Part shown: piece after piece, positions 11,740 through 26,464 of the stretch
Position numbering within the stretch: position 1 is the stretch's first letter
Layout of the letters: every line of letters begins with the position of its first letter
Source of the DNA: Camelus dromedarius
Lineage: Eukaryota
Assembly (NCBI RefSeq): GCF_036321535.1
Contig: NC_087437.1
Coordinates: forward strand, 91,204,001 to 91,268,000
Reading direction: 5' to 3'
DNA: 64,000 nt
Notes under the pieces: generated by a model
Told to the model about the DNA's origin: nothing
Databases searched by the model: none
The model's input: only the letters and a program-made list of their open reading frames with translations
Made by a program: the position numbers and the translations under genes

Positions 11740-14094
11740 GTGTAGGGACTGGGGAAGATATGTGCTTCAGCAGAGAAACTTATATAATGCTGTGAGTTTG
11801 AAAAGACTTTCAACAATGTTTTAAATATTAACTGGGGAAATGCTACATAGTAGTAATTTTTTCCTTTTCCCCTATCATGAGAGGTAGATAAAGAGAGGTT
11901 CTAAATAAGCTAGAATTGCAATACGTTTGCAGCCCATGGGTAGAATAATTTCTTAATCAAAAGTACCATTATGAGAAACTGATTTTTACTTCCATGGTAA
12001 AACTGTAAAATTTTGAAAGATTCAGGATAAAGATACAGGAAATAAATTTTATCCTGACATATCTGGAATCAGGAATCCAGGTACCATACTGAGAATTATT
12101 ATCAAAGAAAGATTCAGATGAATCTGAAAGAAATATTTTAATAGAAGGATAAGAATAAGATGACAAGTTAGATAAGTTAAAGTGGTGTTAATTATAGCAA
12201 AGAGTTAATAACAAAAGCAGCAGTAGCACTGGTGTTGCAATCAAGTGGTTCTTATTTTCCTGAGAGTTGGAAAAAGTGTGAAAAAATAATGTGAGACAAT
12301 GTCAATCCAACTCTTCTGTTGAAATTTGGGAAAATAATGTATCTCAAGGGACACAGTAGGTGTAAAGAGTTGCAAATGCCTGAGCCTTCCGGGGAGAGAA
12401 GACTCTCTAAGTCCCAAGGGAGGGAGGTGCATGATGAAAGGGAGCTTCTTTGCCAAAAACCGTTGGGTTGGGTTTCTGCAGCTTTTTTCAGTACAAAAAC
12501 AAATTGTAGGCAGTAACCTAGGTCTCCCAGCAACACAGACACACAAGAGAATGTGAGGTTCCATTCCATGAATTCACACAATTAAATGCCCTGAACAGTT
12601 GTTCTTATTCAGTATGCAAAGTACAAAGGAAAACAAATGGACAGGTATAGTACCATTGTATTCTTGCGCTCTATAACCCATGGATGCCCCTACTATGTGC
12701 CAGGTGCTCTCACTGGATCTGAGATAGAAGTATGAAGCAGGATCCTTGCACTCTTATAGGTAATAGACTCAGGGAGGCAATAAAGTTGTCTTGAGCAATA
12801 AATTTGCTAATGTAGTCATTTCTTTAAAGATCATAAAATTTTAGCTTGATAAAAATACAATGTATAAGATAAACTGCTTAATATTTTTTCAAGAGTTATA
12901 GGAAAGTGAACAAAATATGTCTAACCTATTAAAACACTCTTCTTTGGAAGAGTCCTAATACTCACTTGATAACTACCAGGGATATAGCTATTTAAAGAAC
13001 AGCCAAGAGGTAGATAAAAGTTAAAATAATACCAAATCACTTATTCAACCAATGTCAGATGCTCCAGATTTTCAACAGATATTCAGCATGCATGTAGGTG
13101 GAGAGGAGTGCTATATGCATCATATTTCAATTTTTTTTTCACTTAGAAGAATTATAATTTGATAGGCACACTGCATGCAATTTTGTTTTTCATAACTGTG
13201 CTCCCTATAGATCCATAAGCTAGCAGCTAGAATGTGTGAGACATACACACTATACAAAATGGAAAGCTGGGACTTGAATAGTGATGATTTTTTAAATGTG
13301 TCAATAGTGGCCAAAATTAGCTTCTCAATTTCAATATCATGAATTCAGAGAATTTTAAAACCTCTATCTATTCAAAATAAATTATGTTTTAAGGCTGAAG
13401 TAATTCCCTTCAGATTTCAGTCTTTAGAATTAAACAAATTGAATATATTTATAGAAAACTGTCTTGAGAATTTATGGCTCGGGTGCTGTAGTAGATGCAG
13501 AAATTCTGTACATTTTCATTCCTGGCTGGGATACGGTTCACTGTGCTCTAATCCCATGCTCTTGTTTTAATTATGATAATTTGGTCTTTGGTGTTTTTTG
13601 TTTGTGGGTTTTGTTTTTTGGTTTTTTTGGCAAATCATAACATTTTCCAGTAGTTTTGACCCAGGCTATTTGTTGGTTGTTTTCATAGAAAGATTGTGTC
13701 AAATTTACCTGAAACAGAACCTATCCTCATTCCTTAAGGTAATTCCTTCTATAAGGTTTATATTCAGATGGAAGAGCTCCATCCCATCTGCACTGCTGTT
13801 GCATTCCCTAAGGCAATGGAATTTACCAGCCCATCATCTTTTCAGGCACTAAAGCCAATAGCGATTAGTAAAAAATAAGAGCTGTTTAATTTACCTGCTC
13901 TTTATTTCAAACTGTTTTTCAGCTAATTTCATTTATCTATTTAGTTATCTGCCACTATTTAGGCATTTTAAATCATTTTGCTTCTTTTTACCTTGTTAAT
14001 ATAGATGATAATGACAAAACTTTTAATAATAATCCTAGTAACACTTTCAGGTGGAAAACCTGAAATCTCATCCAGTATGTACTGCATGTAATTA

Positions 14095-14220
14095 AAAAGA
14101 AGGAAGATAAAATAAGGAAGGCAGGAAAGAAATCAGGTTAAAAGAAAGACTAAAGAAGTAAAATGGAAGGAAAGTAAGAAGGAGGAAGGGAAGGAGAGAA
14201 AGAAAAAGGAAAAAAAAGAG
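14095..14220. repeat. Purine-rich (GGAA/GAAA) low-complexity tract
   Basis: Direct inspection. Confidence 0.8.
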
Positions 14221-14549
14221 TAAGAGTTTAACATTAGAGAAAATTAACAGCTCTCATAGGAGTCAGGTTCACCTGCATCAAGGCTTAGGAAGAATAAACA
14301 ATGTTAAATGGGTAGAATGAGCAGGGCTGATGTAGATTAAGCTAACAAAAATATTCACTGGAACAAATTTATGTTTACTTACATAACACCTAGAAATATA
14401 TATTTGTTTCAGATGGATATTCTAACATTTTAAATGTGGCTGACTCTTAGGAAGTGTAAAATACTAGTTATCCATTATAATACTTATACACATGTATTTT
14501 CTAATTTGTTACCAATATATAATCATATATCTTATATTGTAAAGTCAGT

Positions 14550-14645
14550 CTTTTTCTCCTTCCCTCCCTTCCTCCTTTCCTTTCTTCCCTCCTTCTTTCC
14601 TCCCTTCCTTTTCTTTTTTCTATTTTTTTCACTTTCTCTTTCTTT
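14550..14645. repeat. Pyrimidine-rich (TTCC/CCCT) low-complexity tract
   Basis: Direct inspection. Confidence 0.8.
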
Positions 14646-17600
14646 AAATCCATTTCTCTTTTATACTCCCCTACGTAAGATCATAAGATTCAGAGTGGGA
14701 CCTACAGAAATTGCTTAGAGAACTATTAGCAGTAAGAACGAAAATATTTACTGATATATTTCTTTAAAATGTCCCTTGTAATTATGAATTCAAATTTAAT
14801 GGTTTATATTATAGATGCAATGAGAATATTACAAAATTTCCAAACATTAAACAGAAATATGGGTAGACAGTTAAAAAAATCATTACTATTTGCTATATAA
14901 TATAAACAGAGTTCTAGATGTTGCTCTTGATATAGGGAATTCTGAATCCTTCCCTAGGCACAGATGGAAAATGTTTTTCTCATATTCTTTTATCATCCAG
15001 ATTTATACCTAAGGGAAATTGATACATTACTAGTCACTGCCATGCCCCATTCACCCAACTGTGTGGTAGAAGAAAGAGTCGAGCCTTTTCCAGGACATTT
15101 TGTAGTCTACTGGCCTTTCCTTTGCTCTAGGTCTACATAGTAGAATAGATATTTTTTTTCTTTTCCTCAGGCACTATATTTCATGAAAAATTCATTTCTT
15201 CCATCTTCCACCTCTAAGTAACTCTTTGTAAGAAACACAGACAAAAGGAAGTGACCTTGAGTCTATCTGAATGACTAGTCTTGAACTGTTGGCTTGCTGT
15301 TTTCTGCTTTCACTGTGAGTGTCATACTTCTTATACCGACTCTTGCATACAAATTAAGCTGCTATCTGCCACTGCACTTCACACATACCAATTAGGGCCT
15401 TCAGACAGACCCCGGTCTGTGGGCTATTATTGAAGCAGGTTGGGTTCAAAGTTCCTCAGAAGAGTAGAGAATAAAAGTCTCAGTTTTTCAAACCTGTTAA
15501 ATAGAAATATTGGAATAAGCAAAATGCTGTTGTTCTTAAAAATTAAAGGAAAAGTAATAAGCCAGAAAATTTTAATTTAGGAAGATATCATCATGAGGCA
15601 TTACTCTGCATCTACCAGTGATTATTACAATTATGAGTTCAAGGATGGTTAACTATTCAATGGCTCAATAGAACAAAACCCCCCAAAGCTAAAAAGCAAA
15701 GACACTTTAGCAAAGTATTTGTGAATGAAATCTAATAAATTTGAAATAATATTGAAATAATGCTAATGTAAATTCCTAACATTTTCTATCACTTCTTACT
15801 TAGCATTCCTAAATCACCACTAGAAAATACAAATGCTTATGATCATGTCAATTCTTTTCAAAGAATAAACCTACATTTCAAAAAAAAAAAAAAAACACAT
15901 ACAATCTATTAATCAAAAATTATCAACATGGTATATCAGAGACACAAATATTTAAGGAACCCCCATCAAAGGTTGTAGTCAGGCATCAGGGGAAAGAGTT
16001 GGAAAGAGAGATGAACAATAGTTCTTAAAATCCTGAGGTGAAAGGGAAAACTCTTTCGTTCTGTATTTTACCATCCTCTCATAACAGAATGAGACTAGTT
16101 GATCATTCTTAGCTTAAAATAATCACTCCTAATATCCTTTTCTTTTCTTCTTAAGATTTGATGTATCAGTATTATAAACCATAAAGACGGAAGGTGTATC
16201 ATCTTGTTTCAGAATTCTTTTTCAATATTATGATGTAGAACTAGCAGAATGGTTATTCTTTGTTTTTCTAGCTGTTCAAAGAGTTACACACGTGGGCTTC
16301 CTGGTTTCACTATCAGATCATGACATGACCTTGATGTCTCATTGGACACATATAAATCATAAACTTCCAGGAAGATATTTATTTTGTGCCTATAATCTTC
16401 CATGACCTGAATGTAAGTAAAAGTAGGGGGATTTCACTGTCATCCCTTTGCTTAAGGATAAGTCCAAGTACCTCAACCTGGTTCATGAGGACCATCATGA
16501 TCTTCCATCTACACTTACGGAAAAAAATGTGTATTATACCACTGTTGCTTGCACTGCTCTATAAATATTAATTAGGACAAATTGTTCCAATCTTTTGTAT
16601 CCTTACTGGTTTTCTGCTTTATTTTTGGATTAACTATTATTGTGAGAAAAATTCTGTTTGAGTTTTCCATCTCTTCACTGAGGCCTTAAAACTACCTTCA
16701 GGCAGTGACTAAAGGTGTTAACAGTTACAAGACTTTTTTGTCCCTCCTATCAGGGATTCACAGATTTGTGCTGCTTATTGTCTAATATCTGAAAACAGAT
16801 TTTCAGATGTCATCTAGATTTCTATTTGTTTAAGTCAGAATGGTAAATCTGGTTCCTATTACTCCATCATAGTCAGAAAATGAAAAGAATTATTTATTTG
16901 GTTAAAAATTTCTCTTTTCTTTTTTCTCTGGTATGATATATATATGTGTGTGTGTATGTGTGTGTATATATATATATAGTTAACACTGGTTTCCAAAGGA
17001 GGAAAAGATTACAAGAAACTTTTCACTTTTCTTCTTTTCTCATAGGCTATAGCATTTTTTTTTTTTTGCAATCTGATAACATTCAGATAAATGCAGTCTA
17101 TTTTATATGTAATAGGTCATTTCATACTTTTAAATTCAGCTCTAAGAACAAAAGGACAAAATTGATATAAACTGTCTTATTTTTCAGAAGAAGAACCTGA
17201 ACCTGAAAGTTTATTTAAATTATTTAAAACCATATCATTTTTATTTATAGTTGTAGGATTAAACTCCACTTCTATGGATCCTTAATACTGTTATCTCCAA
17301 GAATGCACACGTCGTTTTTTGCATTATTTATTTTTATCGGAAACTTATTCAACTATGCATTTTCTTTCTCAAAAATCAGATTCACTCTCAAAGGAAGAAT
17401 AACTGATAAGGTCAGTTATTTAAACCAATTTTTAAAAATCCATACCTTGATATAGTGTCTGTAAATGACAAGGATATCAGTGGCTTTAAAGCTTCCCAAG
17501 GTGATTGCTTTGAAGGCTATTGTTCTTTCCTGTGTATTTGTTTAATGATAAACAATATAGCAATTATTTCATCATTCATATTCAGGGACATTAAAATAAT

Positions 17601-20600
17601 ATTTAAATCACAAATATAACTTACAAATATAACCATCATTTCAATGCATAAAAGAATCCGAAATCAAAATACACCCTTATATTTTCCTCCATCGTCTAGT
17701 GAAGTTAACAGAAGAATTTTCCAGAGGTAGAGAGTGTAATTAGCAAATCAATGGGTTAATTTAAAAATATGCAATTTTCAATAATAATGAGAGTTAATAT
17801 TTCTTATGGGAACTGGCTTAAACTGGGTTATGAGGAAATATGAATAGTTGAAATAGATTAATTATCTTTCAAATTTGGGATATTAAGGTTGAATAAAACA
17901 CTTTTAAAAACTATTAAAATGGTATCTTTGCGTGAGCAATTCAGGTCATAGATACCATTTCTTTTCCTTTCTTTTTCCTCTTAAATTCGTATTTTAAACC
18001 TTTTTACTGTAAACCATTGAATGGTAATGATAGTTTATGGGATTCTTACCAGTGACACTGAAAATATATTAATAATTTTATATACCTTGATACAGATTGA
18101 TTGAAAATTCTTGAACAAGTAAAGGTTCTTCAGAAGCAGTCCCATTTTTTGAATAAACATATTTTTCATTCTCAGTTATTTTGTAGATCCAAATTTTAAA
18201 TATTTTGTAGATCCAAATTCGAAACTTATATGTCTGTTCTAGCATAAAACTTAATTAATACACAGGCTACTTTGTTCAAAAAAGCCTTAAAATTAGGCTC
18301 CCGATTTGAAAATTTTATCAATTCTCAATTCTTTCAGTACTAACTCTAAGAAATGAATAGTAATTCACTTTTATTTTTCATGGTTTCTACTTTTCTGTAC
18401 CTACCTACTGCTGTAACATCTGTAGCTGTACAATTTGTACTTGGAAAGCTGGCAAATGGCTGACTTCCAAAACTTCCTGCCAATATAAATTAATATGTAC
18501 CATCAGAGGTACCCATGTGGTATAAGAAAGCAGTCTCCTGGGTTGTTTTTAGGGAAGAAGCTTGAAGCAAAACTGAATAGCTCTGGCTCTCATACAGCAG
18601 ACATGAAAACACTTGTGCCTTTAGTGTTGTCCCTGATGGTATGTACTAATTCACTCTAAACCATTCTAGTTTCTATTTTAAAAAGAATGAGAAAAAAGGT
18701 ATGTAATGTATGGGTACATTTATATGTATTCTGACTACATAAATGTAGTAATGTAGTCAGAATGTTTCTATCTACTTATCTTTCTCTACATAAAAAGCCT
18801 TAATGATATTTTTAAACTCTTCTATTAAGACCACTTTTATATACCAGCTCTTCACTTGAAGGAAAATTTTAATAAAAATTCAGAGTCATATGTTCAAATA
18901 TAATTTTAAAATTATAAATGTTTTTCTTAAAATGGCAAGTTTTCTTCTCACATGACAAATCATTATATTTATGTTGATTTTCTCATAGCTGATAGAATTT
19001 TGTGCTTTAGGAAAATAAATATTTATCTATAAATATTTTTCCTGGACTGGTAAAGACATAATAAGATATATTTCAAGATCAGGAGTGAATTTTCTATGTT
19101 AAAATCATTCTTAAAATATTTTTAACAAAACAACAAGTAGTCACCATTCCCCCAAACCCCACATCATGCAGAGGCCCAGAGGGCACACACATACTTAAAA
19201 CTTTTTAAAACAGTTTTTCAAAAGTGATTTCTTAAAAAAGGATATTGGGGGGATTCATACATGGACATTTCAAAAAACAAGACTTTTTTAAAGTGTCTTT
19301 GAGAACCTCCTGGAAAATGGCTGTATTGTCAAAATACAATTTTAATTGTTTACATACAATTTTTTAGTTTAATAGTGCATTCCTAGTAATGCAGTTTACA
19401 TATTACTAGAGGTAGAGGAAAATATTATAGGCTTTATCCTTACTATTTAAATTCTTTCTTAAGTTCCACAAAATTTTGCTAAGCTAATATAATATCAACT
19501 TCCTGATTTAAATTTCAGGCTCCTTAAATGAGCTATGATGCACAGAACAGAATAAAAGACACGGACAATGTTATTATTGATTAATCCAACTATACATAAG
19601 GATATTTGCCAGAGTTGTTTCAGGATATTTATTTTTTTAGAGGCCCATCACTTTAGCATAGGCATCTTAATCCTCTTTATTGTATTATACACCTGCCAAA
19701 GATGCCTGCCTGTGCCTACTCAGTAATGCTTATTCATATTGTTTTCTCAAAAGACTCTTCTACTGATGCCTTATTTTCAGGGTTTCAGAAGCTTCTTGGC
19801 TGGTAATTTTCTTTTCTCTGTACTCTTCCTCTTCATATCCGTACTTTGCCAAGTCATGTCTCAAGACCATTACTAGTGTCAGGACTGAGCTGGCAAATCA
19901 ATGAGGATTGAAAATAAAGGGTTACATAAATATTGTGAGCCACATGTCATTGATATGAGTAAATTTATTCTGTGTAGATATTTAAGTGGAAAAATAAATA
20001 GCTGATTTGTTTTACAAAATTAGCTTATTTTGTATATAAAAATCTATGTGTTGTATATTTTAAAAAGTATATATTAGCCTAAACTCAGTATTTCTTCTAA
20101 ACAACAAACGGAAGAAACTGCTGCTTGGAAAGTGAAAAGCTATAAAGTGTAGGTAAATGGTAAAGTGTTCTTACCTCCCTTTCCATTCCGTATTATTGAT
20201 GATACCTTCTCTAACATCATAAAGAATAAATTGAAATGAAATTATGAAACTCATGACTTGTCTTTTCTAGTGATAGAAATAAGACTAATTAGAAGCACAA
20301 AATGTAAAGGTCAGTTTATTGTTTTCAGTTTTGTTCATTGGTTTAATAAATACTTATTAGTTCCTAATTAGTTGCAATAGATAAATCAAATATTTATTGT
20401 GTGCCTAATCTAATGGAGACACCTTCCAAGAGATGATGATAATGAAGTCTCAGTTCTTATGAATCTATTTAAGTGAGATATGCAGATACAAAATAACAAA
20501 GAGATATGTGAAAATTGTAGTGGAAAAAAAAAAAAAAAAACACCTCTGAGACCTGAATGTACTTCTGCAGCAATATTTGTAGCAAATGTATAAGATACAT

Positions 20601-20637
20601 TTGTTCTCAGGGAAGGGAAGAGCTAATGCAGAGGCTC

Positions 20638-21085
20638 TGTATTCACTTCCTGAGGCTGCTGAAATGCATTCCTACAAACTGGATGACTTTAAACAATAGG
20701 AATTTGTTATCTCATAGTTTTAGATACCAGGACTCAGAAGATGTTCAGTGGAGTCACACTTCCTCTGGAGTCGCTAGGGGAGAATCCTGTGCCCCTTTCA
20801 GTCTGTGGTGGCACCAGGCATTCCTTGGTTTATGACTGCATAATTCCAATCTCTCCCCTCTGTCTGCACATGGCTTTCTCTGTCTGTCTTCTCCTGTGTG
20901 TCTCTTATAAGGACACTTTGATTGGCATTAGGGCCCACCGATATAATCCAGGACTATCTCATCTTGAGACCCTTTAAATCATTAAATCTGCAAAGACCCT
21001 TTTTCCAAATAAGGTCACGTTTACAGGTTCTAAGAATTAGAGGCTAGTTATTATCTTTTGGAGGGTCACCATTTAACTTACTCTA
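20638..21085 (-). mobile_element. MaLR solo LTR (MLT1C-like)
   Basis: TGTATTCACTTCCTGAGGCTGCT..CTAGGGGAGAATCC..TCTTATAAGGACAC..ATTAGGGCCCACC..TCTGCAAAGACCCTTTTTCCAAATAAGGTCAC. Confidence 0.88.
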
Positions 21086-21439
21086 AAGCAAAGACACAGG
21101 CAGGATATTCAACAAAGAATGACATCATATTGAACTTGTGTGAAGATAGGTTAAAACGTTACATGGAACATGATCTCTGTCCCTATAAGATAGCTGCCAA
21201 GTTTAAATGACACTCTCCCATTCCAAAATACTGAAATGAGGAAAGACCGAAGACAAAATAGGAGTGCCGACTGAACCTGCTATCTATCCTGAAACTACCA
21301 TAAACATTTCTGCTTACATCTTTTAGACCTCCATCTTATCTCTCTCTGTAAGGCAAGATAGGAAGTGAATTTTTGGAGATAATCACAGTTTCAATCCAGA
21401 ATTCAATTAGTGAAGAAGTAGAATGAGCAAAAATGGAAA

Positions 21440-22005
21440 TTGGGTAGCCTCCATAGTACTATGAGAATTTGGAATTTTATGCTGATAAACATTAGAAAAC
21501 CACTGCAGATGATTTTGAACAAAGGATGCCAAAAACTGACCTATATTTTAAAAGATTATCTCTGGCTGCACTGTTTGCCATGGACTATAGAAGAATAAGA
21601 GTAGGAAAAAGGAAACCAGTTAGGACATTTACACAAGAGGTAATGGTGGCTTAGACAAAGATGCCAGCAGTATAGGTGGGGAAAAGTGGTGATTTTTAGA
21701 TATATTTCAAAGTTAAAGTTGACTAGATTTTATCAAGGTTTGAATTTGGGGTATTTGCTAAAAAGAGGAGTCAAGGATCACTACAAGGTATCTGTCCATA
21801 AAGACTAGAAGACTGAAGTTGCCACATCCTGGGATGGAAGATGTTGAGGGGGAAACAAGTTTGATGACTGAAATAGAATTTTGTTTTGTAATGTTAAGTT
21901 TGAAATGCCCATTACACTTATTAACATAAATATCCATATAAACAAGAGTTTATGAGTTGGAAGTTCACAGTTGGAGATCTATACTTAGGAATCATCATCA
22001 AATAA
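21440..22005 (-). mobile_element. L2 LINE fragment
   Basis: TTTTAAAAGATTATCTCTGGCTGC..GGAAACCAGTTAGGA..GGTAATGGTGGCTTAGAC..AGAGGAGTCAAGGATCAC..ATGTTAAGTTTGAAATGCC. Confidence 0.8.
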
Positions 22006-24662
22006 TAGATTTTTAAATTTGTTTTGTAGAAATATCAGTATGATAAAACAAACATCAACTTACAAAAATACAAATGTACAAGTTGAAGCTACTCACATAT
22101 TGTCATTAGTATTTTAGTAATAATTATCTAGACATTCTCTATGCATTGATTTATACATATAAAATAGATTAATGTGTCGTATACATAATTTTTTTTAAAT
22201 ATGTAACTTACTGTTGTTATAAAACAATGATTCTTAAGGGATATACTGTGCAATAGAAAGTGCTAAACTCTCTTTGAAAGACAGATCAGAAAAACCTTAT
22301 GAGATGAAAACTTTTATTTACTATAATGTGCTTAAATCTGATATTGTAAAAGCCAGGTCATATGGAAGATATTTATTTATTTGAAAATAAGATTATTGTT
22401 CTTCCCACTCATTTGCATGACTACTGCTCTCTATTACTTTCCATTTTGAATTGTGTTTGGTAGTTGGTTTTCCTTGTTTAATTGGCTGTAGTTCTCTTCC
22501 TGACATTTTCATATGATGTCCTGTACAGGACAAATTTTCAAGCAGTTAAAGCCTTCACAAGTTATCTTAGGAACTACAAAAATCTCCTCTGCCATTTTGG
22601 GTTTTCTTCTTAGCAGGAGGATTGAAGGTTGTGATTTTTTTTGCAGCTCAAGGCAGTTGATCCTCAGTAGGAGCCAATGCTCACAGCAACCATAAAACTT
22701 GAAAAGATTATTGTCTGTACTCAGATATGCCTTTTCATATGAAAACAAAGATTCTGAATGCTACAGACAGCTGCAGGGATTTAAGTGTGTTTTTTTTTTT
22801 TTTTTTTTTTTTTGAAACAGACCTAATGCAGTAGCCACAAGCTATGAAGCTATATAGGGAGTATCATTAAGGAAAGTCCTTCATGAACATTTCATTTTTA
22901 ATTCACTTCATATGAAATAAGGCTTATATCAGCAATCAATCAAAAAAGTAAATACACATCAATGTTGTATTATATACTGCACCATTGCAAAAACATCATT
23001 TTTTTATACCTGAATAGTTTTGGGTCATTATATTTAAATAAAATTTTAAATAGGTAAATTATTTTTACCACATTTATTTTAAAATTTGGCTAAGCCTCAG
23101 AAATTCTATATAAGCTAGCTCTGGCTTTAAACAAACATGAGTGTTCATTCTGTACATAATGGAATATTTTTCTATCGTCGTATAATGACAACATCATTTC
23201 AAAATAATAATTTGAAGATATATGCCTTAGGATAGTGATTTAGTATGTTGATTGGTATCATGCAGTAAAAATGGGAAAGAAGTCATGTGACCCTTAGATT
23301 AGTCTGTACTCCTACATGTGCATATGAGTAAGTTATTTCACCCCCTTTGTTTCCCAGTTTATAAAATAAAAAAAGTTATTCATATTCATAATAATTAGAG
23401 ATCTTCAGAGGAAAGTTTACAGTAGTCCTCAAAATGTTACATTGACTTTTCAGGTATGTCAAAGGAACATTTAGGAGAGATATTAATAGTTTTGTATGGT
23501 GAATCTAATTTTATTTTGGGATGGTTAAAATCATGACTTTCAAATGTGTCATTTGAAAATATTCTGGAAAGCTTTTATGGTTTAAATACAGAAACTACAG
23601 TTACTGTCAAAAACTTAGCTGATTATTATTATTATCATTATCATTATTATTATTAATATTACTAGGTAATTTGTTGGTTATGTGGAAAGCATTCTTTTGC
23701 AGGTAAAACATAACAAAGTCAGCAAAGTCAGTGACCAATTGTTAATTGATTGGGCAATTAACAAGATATCGATAGGATTGCTAGAACTAGATCAAAAACA
23801 TTGTAAGTCACAGTAGATCTGAAATTACATTTATAGATAACCTTAGGCCTATGAAACGGATAGTTTCCTTTCACACATTAATAGATATAATTATATTTTT
23901 ATTTATCTTTAAAATTGTTCTATGTAGGTTTTAGTGACAAATTGTGATCATAATAGCTTTAAATTTGTAAGAAAGAATAAGACAAAATTTGGAAGGAGGA
24001 AAGGAAAAATCATATAGAAGAAACTGACCATTTTAGAATTGGCAGGCCCAAATCCCAATGATCATTTTAAGGATCATTTAACCAGGCCAAAAATTTCAAT
24101 AATTTTCTGCCCAAGAGATCACTATACTATAAAAAGGGCTTAGAATGTACACCTTAATTACACATTTAGATCTTAGCTTGCTCATCCCATTCTTTTTTTT
24201 TAAGATTTTTTACAATGACATTATTTTCTCTATATCTTAAAGTTTAGATCTGTGAAATGTCCCTTCAGTTAAATTTTTTCTTAACTTCATTCCATATCAC
24301 GTAAATATTTAATGTGTCTAAATAACCTTTATGTTTGAATCTAGCATATTATATCAACAATTTGCAGAAAATCAGCATCTGAATTGTTCCTGTTGAGAAT
24401 GAACCACAAAGTCCACAATGTAATATCACTTCTTCCCTGGGACAACTTTGCTGTGCCAAAGGCACAGATACTTGCTTCATAGGTCAGGAGAAAAATAATT
24501 TCTAAGAAACTAAAATGTTATTGTCTGATACAGATTTTATTGGTGAATACTGCATAGTTCTGTAATTTCTTTAATATATTTCATTAACATAGACTTCCCA
24601 GTCTCTCTCACAGTTTAAATATCACCAATACATCTGTAGGTAATGTGAGATAATAAGGGTTA

Positions 24663-25075
24663 TGTTACGGGCAAAATTGTGTCCCTCCACCACTCCCCAG
24701 ATTAATATTTTGAAGTCCTAAACCCTAGGGCCTCAAAATGTGACTCTATTTGGACACAGGGTTGTTAAAGATACAATTAGGGTAAACTGAATAGGTCCTC
24801 TGGTAATATGAATGGGCCGTAATCCAATATGACTGGTGTCCTTATAAGAAGAGTGCCTTTACACACAGACTTGCACATACATGGAGAAAAGACCACTGAA
24901 GACAAAGGGAGAAGATGGCTACTTAGAAGGCAAGGAAGGAGACCTCCGAATGAACCTAGCCTGATGACACTTGATCTTGGACCTCTAGCTTCCATAACTG
25001 TGAGAAAATAAATTCCTGTTGCTTAAGTCACCAAGTCTGTGGTATTTGTTACAAAAGCCCTAGCAAATTAATACA
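24663..25075 (+). mobile_element. MaLR solo LTR (MLT1B-like)
   Basis: TGTTACGGGCAAAATTGTGTCCC..AATCCAATATGACTGGTGTCCTTATAAGAAGAG..ACTGTGAGAAAATAAAT..GCCCTAGCAAATTAATACA. Confidence 0.9.
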
Positions 25076-25782
25076 AATATATTCAATTATCTTAAGTAAA
25101 GGAAGGTAACTAACAACTGCTTATCATACAAAGTTCACGATGGAAAACAAAAGAATTAGTAGTAGAGTTCTTGAAGAATAAGGACAAAAGGGTGATATAA
25201 TTTCCTAATATTCTTTAGCTATGCTAATGTATTACTATGTGTTCTCAATATAATATTATCTCTAATTCTTCATCTGTGCTATGTGAGTTACAGTTAAAAA
25301 ACAATTGTAGGCACTGTCAAGCACCATAGTGAAAAACCCTTTAACTTCTCCAAAGATTAGTGCTGTTTTTAGATATTAATTCTACTCTTACTAGTTGCAA
25401 TATAAGGCATTCATATTTATCATATATTTTTAAGAATTTAATAGTTAATATTTTAAATTAACTGTCTGTGATTCAGGCAAGATCCTGTTATGATAAAATA
25501 TTTGCAATCTGCTGAGTACTTATTTTTATCAAAGGTTGACTTTCTTTAACGTTTATATAGTAAATGGCCATATTTACAGATTTTGAAAAGTAGATGTAAG
25601 TACAGAAATGTGAAAATGAAGAGGCTAGCATTCTCATCTTCAGTTAGAGTAGCCAAATACATTTAATTAGGCCAGTTATTCAGTGCTTTAATTCAATTCT
25701 GTCTCCTCATTTGCAAATTGAAAATGAAATGTACATTTTATTTCCTACTAGTTCTAAATCCTATATAACCTATGATCTATGA

Positions 25783-25992
25783 CAGGGGTCAGTATAGGAC
25801 CAGACAGTAATTATTTTAGGTGCTTTAGTCCACACAGTCTCTGTTGTAAGTACTGAGCTCTGCTCAGTTCAGTTGTTGAAGTGCAAAATCAGCTAAAGAT
25901 AATACAGATAGAAATGAATGTGACTGTATTTCAGTAAACTTTATGTATGAAAATAAGAAGTGGGTCTGATATGGGCCATATGCTGATTCCTG
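25783..25992 (+). mobile_element. hAT-Charlie MITE (MER58A-like)
   Basis: TIRs CAGGGGTCAG / GCTGATTCCTG; internal CCAGACAGTAATTATTTTAGG..GTCTCTGTTGTAAGTACTGAGCTCTGC. Confidence 0.75.
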
Positions 25993-26464
25993 TTCAGTAA
26001 GATTTATCACCATCCACAACCTCCTCAGATCTAAACAAACAAATATACATACATATTTCCCCTTAGTAGAGATATACATATATTGCTACTAAAGAGAAAC
26101 AAAACCCAAGATCTATGTCTCATTGACAACATAAATATGCATAATAGAAAATTGTGCAAAGATGTATGAATAAGCAAGTTGTAAAAGAATAAATTCAAAA
26201 TAGCAATAAATGTAAGTAGCCACAAGTACTACCTAAATACAATTAGCGGCATTATTATAAATTAAAATAACAATGAGAGAATGCTTTCACAACATCCGTT
26301 CAGTAAATACTAAAAGACGTGATTACTTCCTTAGCATGGCAGGGAAAACAAAATTCTCATATACTGCTTTTGAAAGAGTGAAGTATAATAGCCTTTTTGA
26401 AAAGCACTGTGGTAACTACATATTAAAGTTTAAAATACATGTTAACATCAGTGCCAGTCACTCA

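Noticed and set aside
12241..12581. Two >100-aa overlapping minus ORFs
   Set aside because: No recognisable domain or splice framing; explained by locally higher GC
14095..14645. Purine tract facing a pyrimidine tract as a large inverted repeat
   Set aside because: Complementarity is only compositional low complexity, with no specific long match
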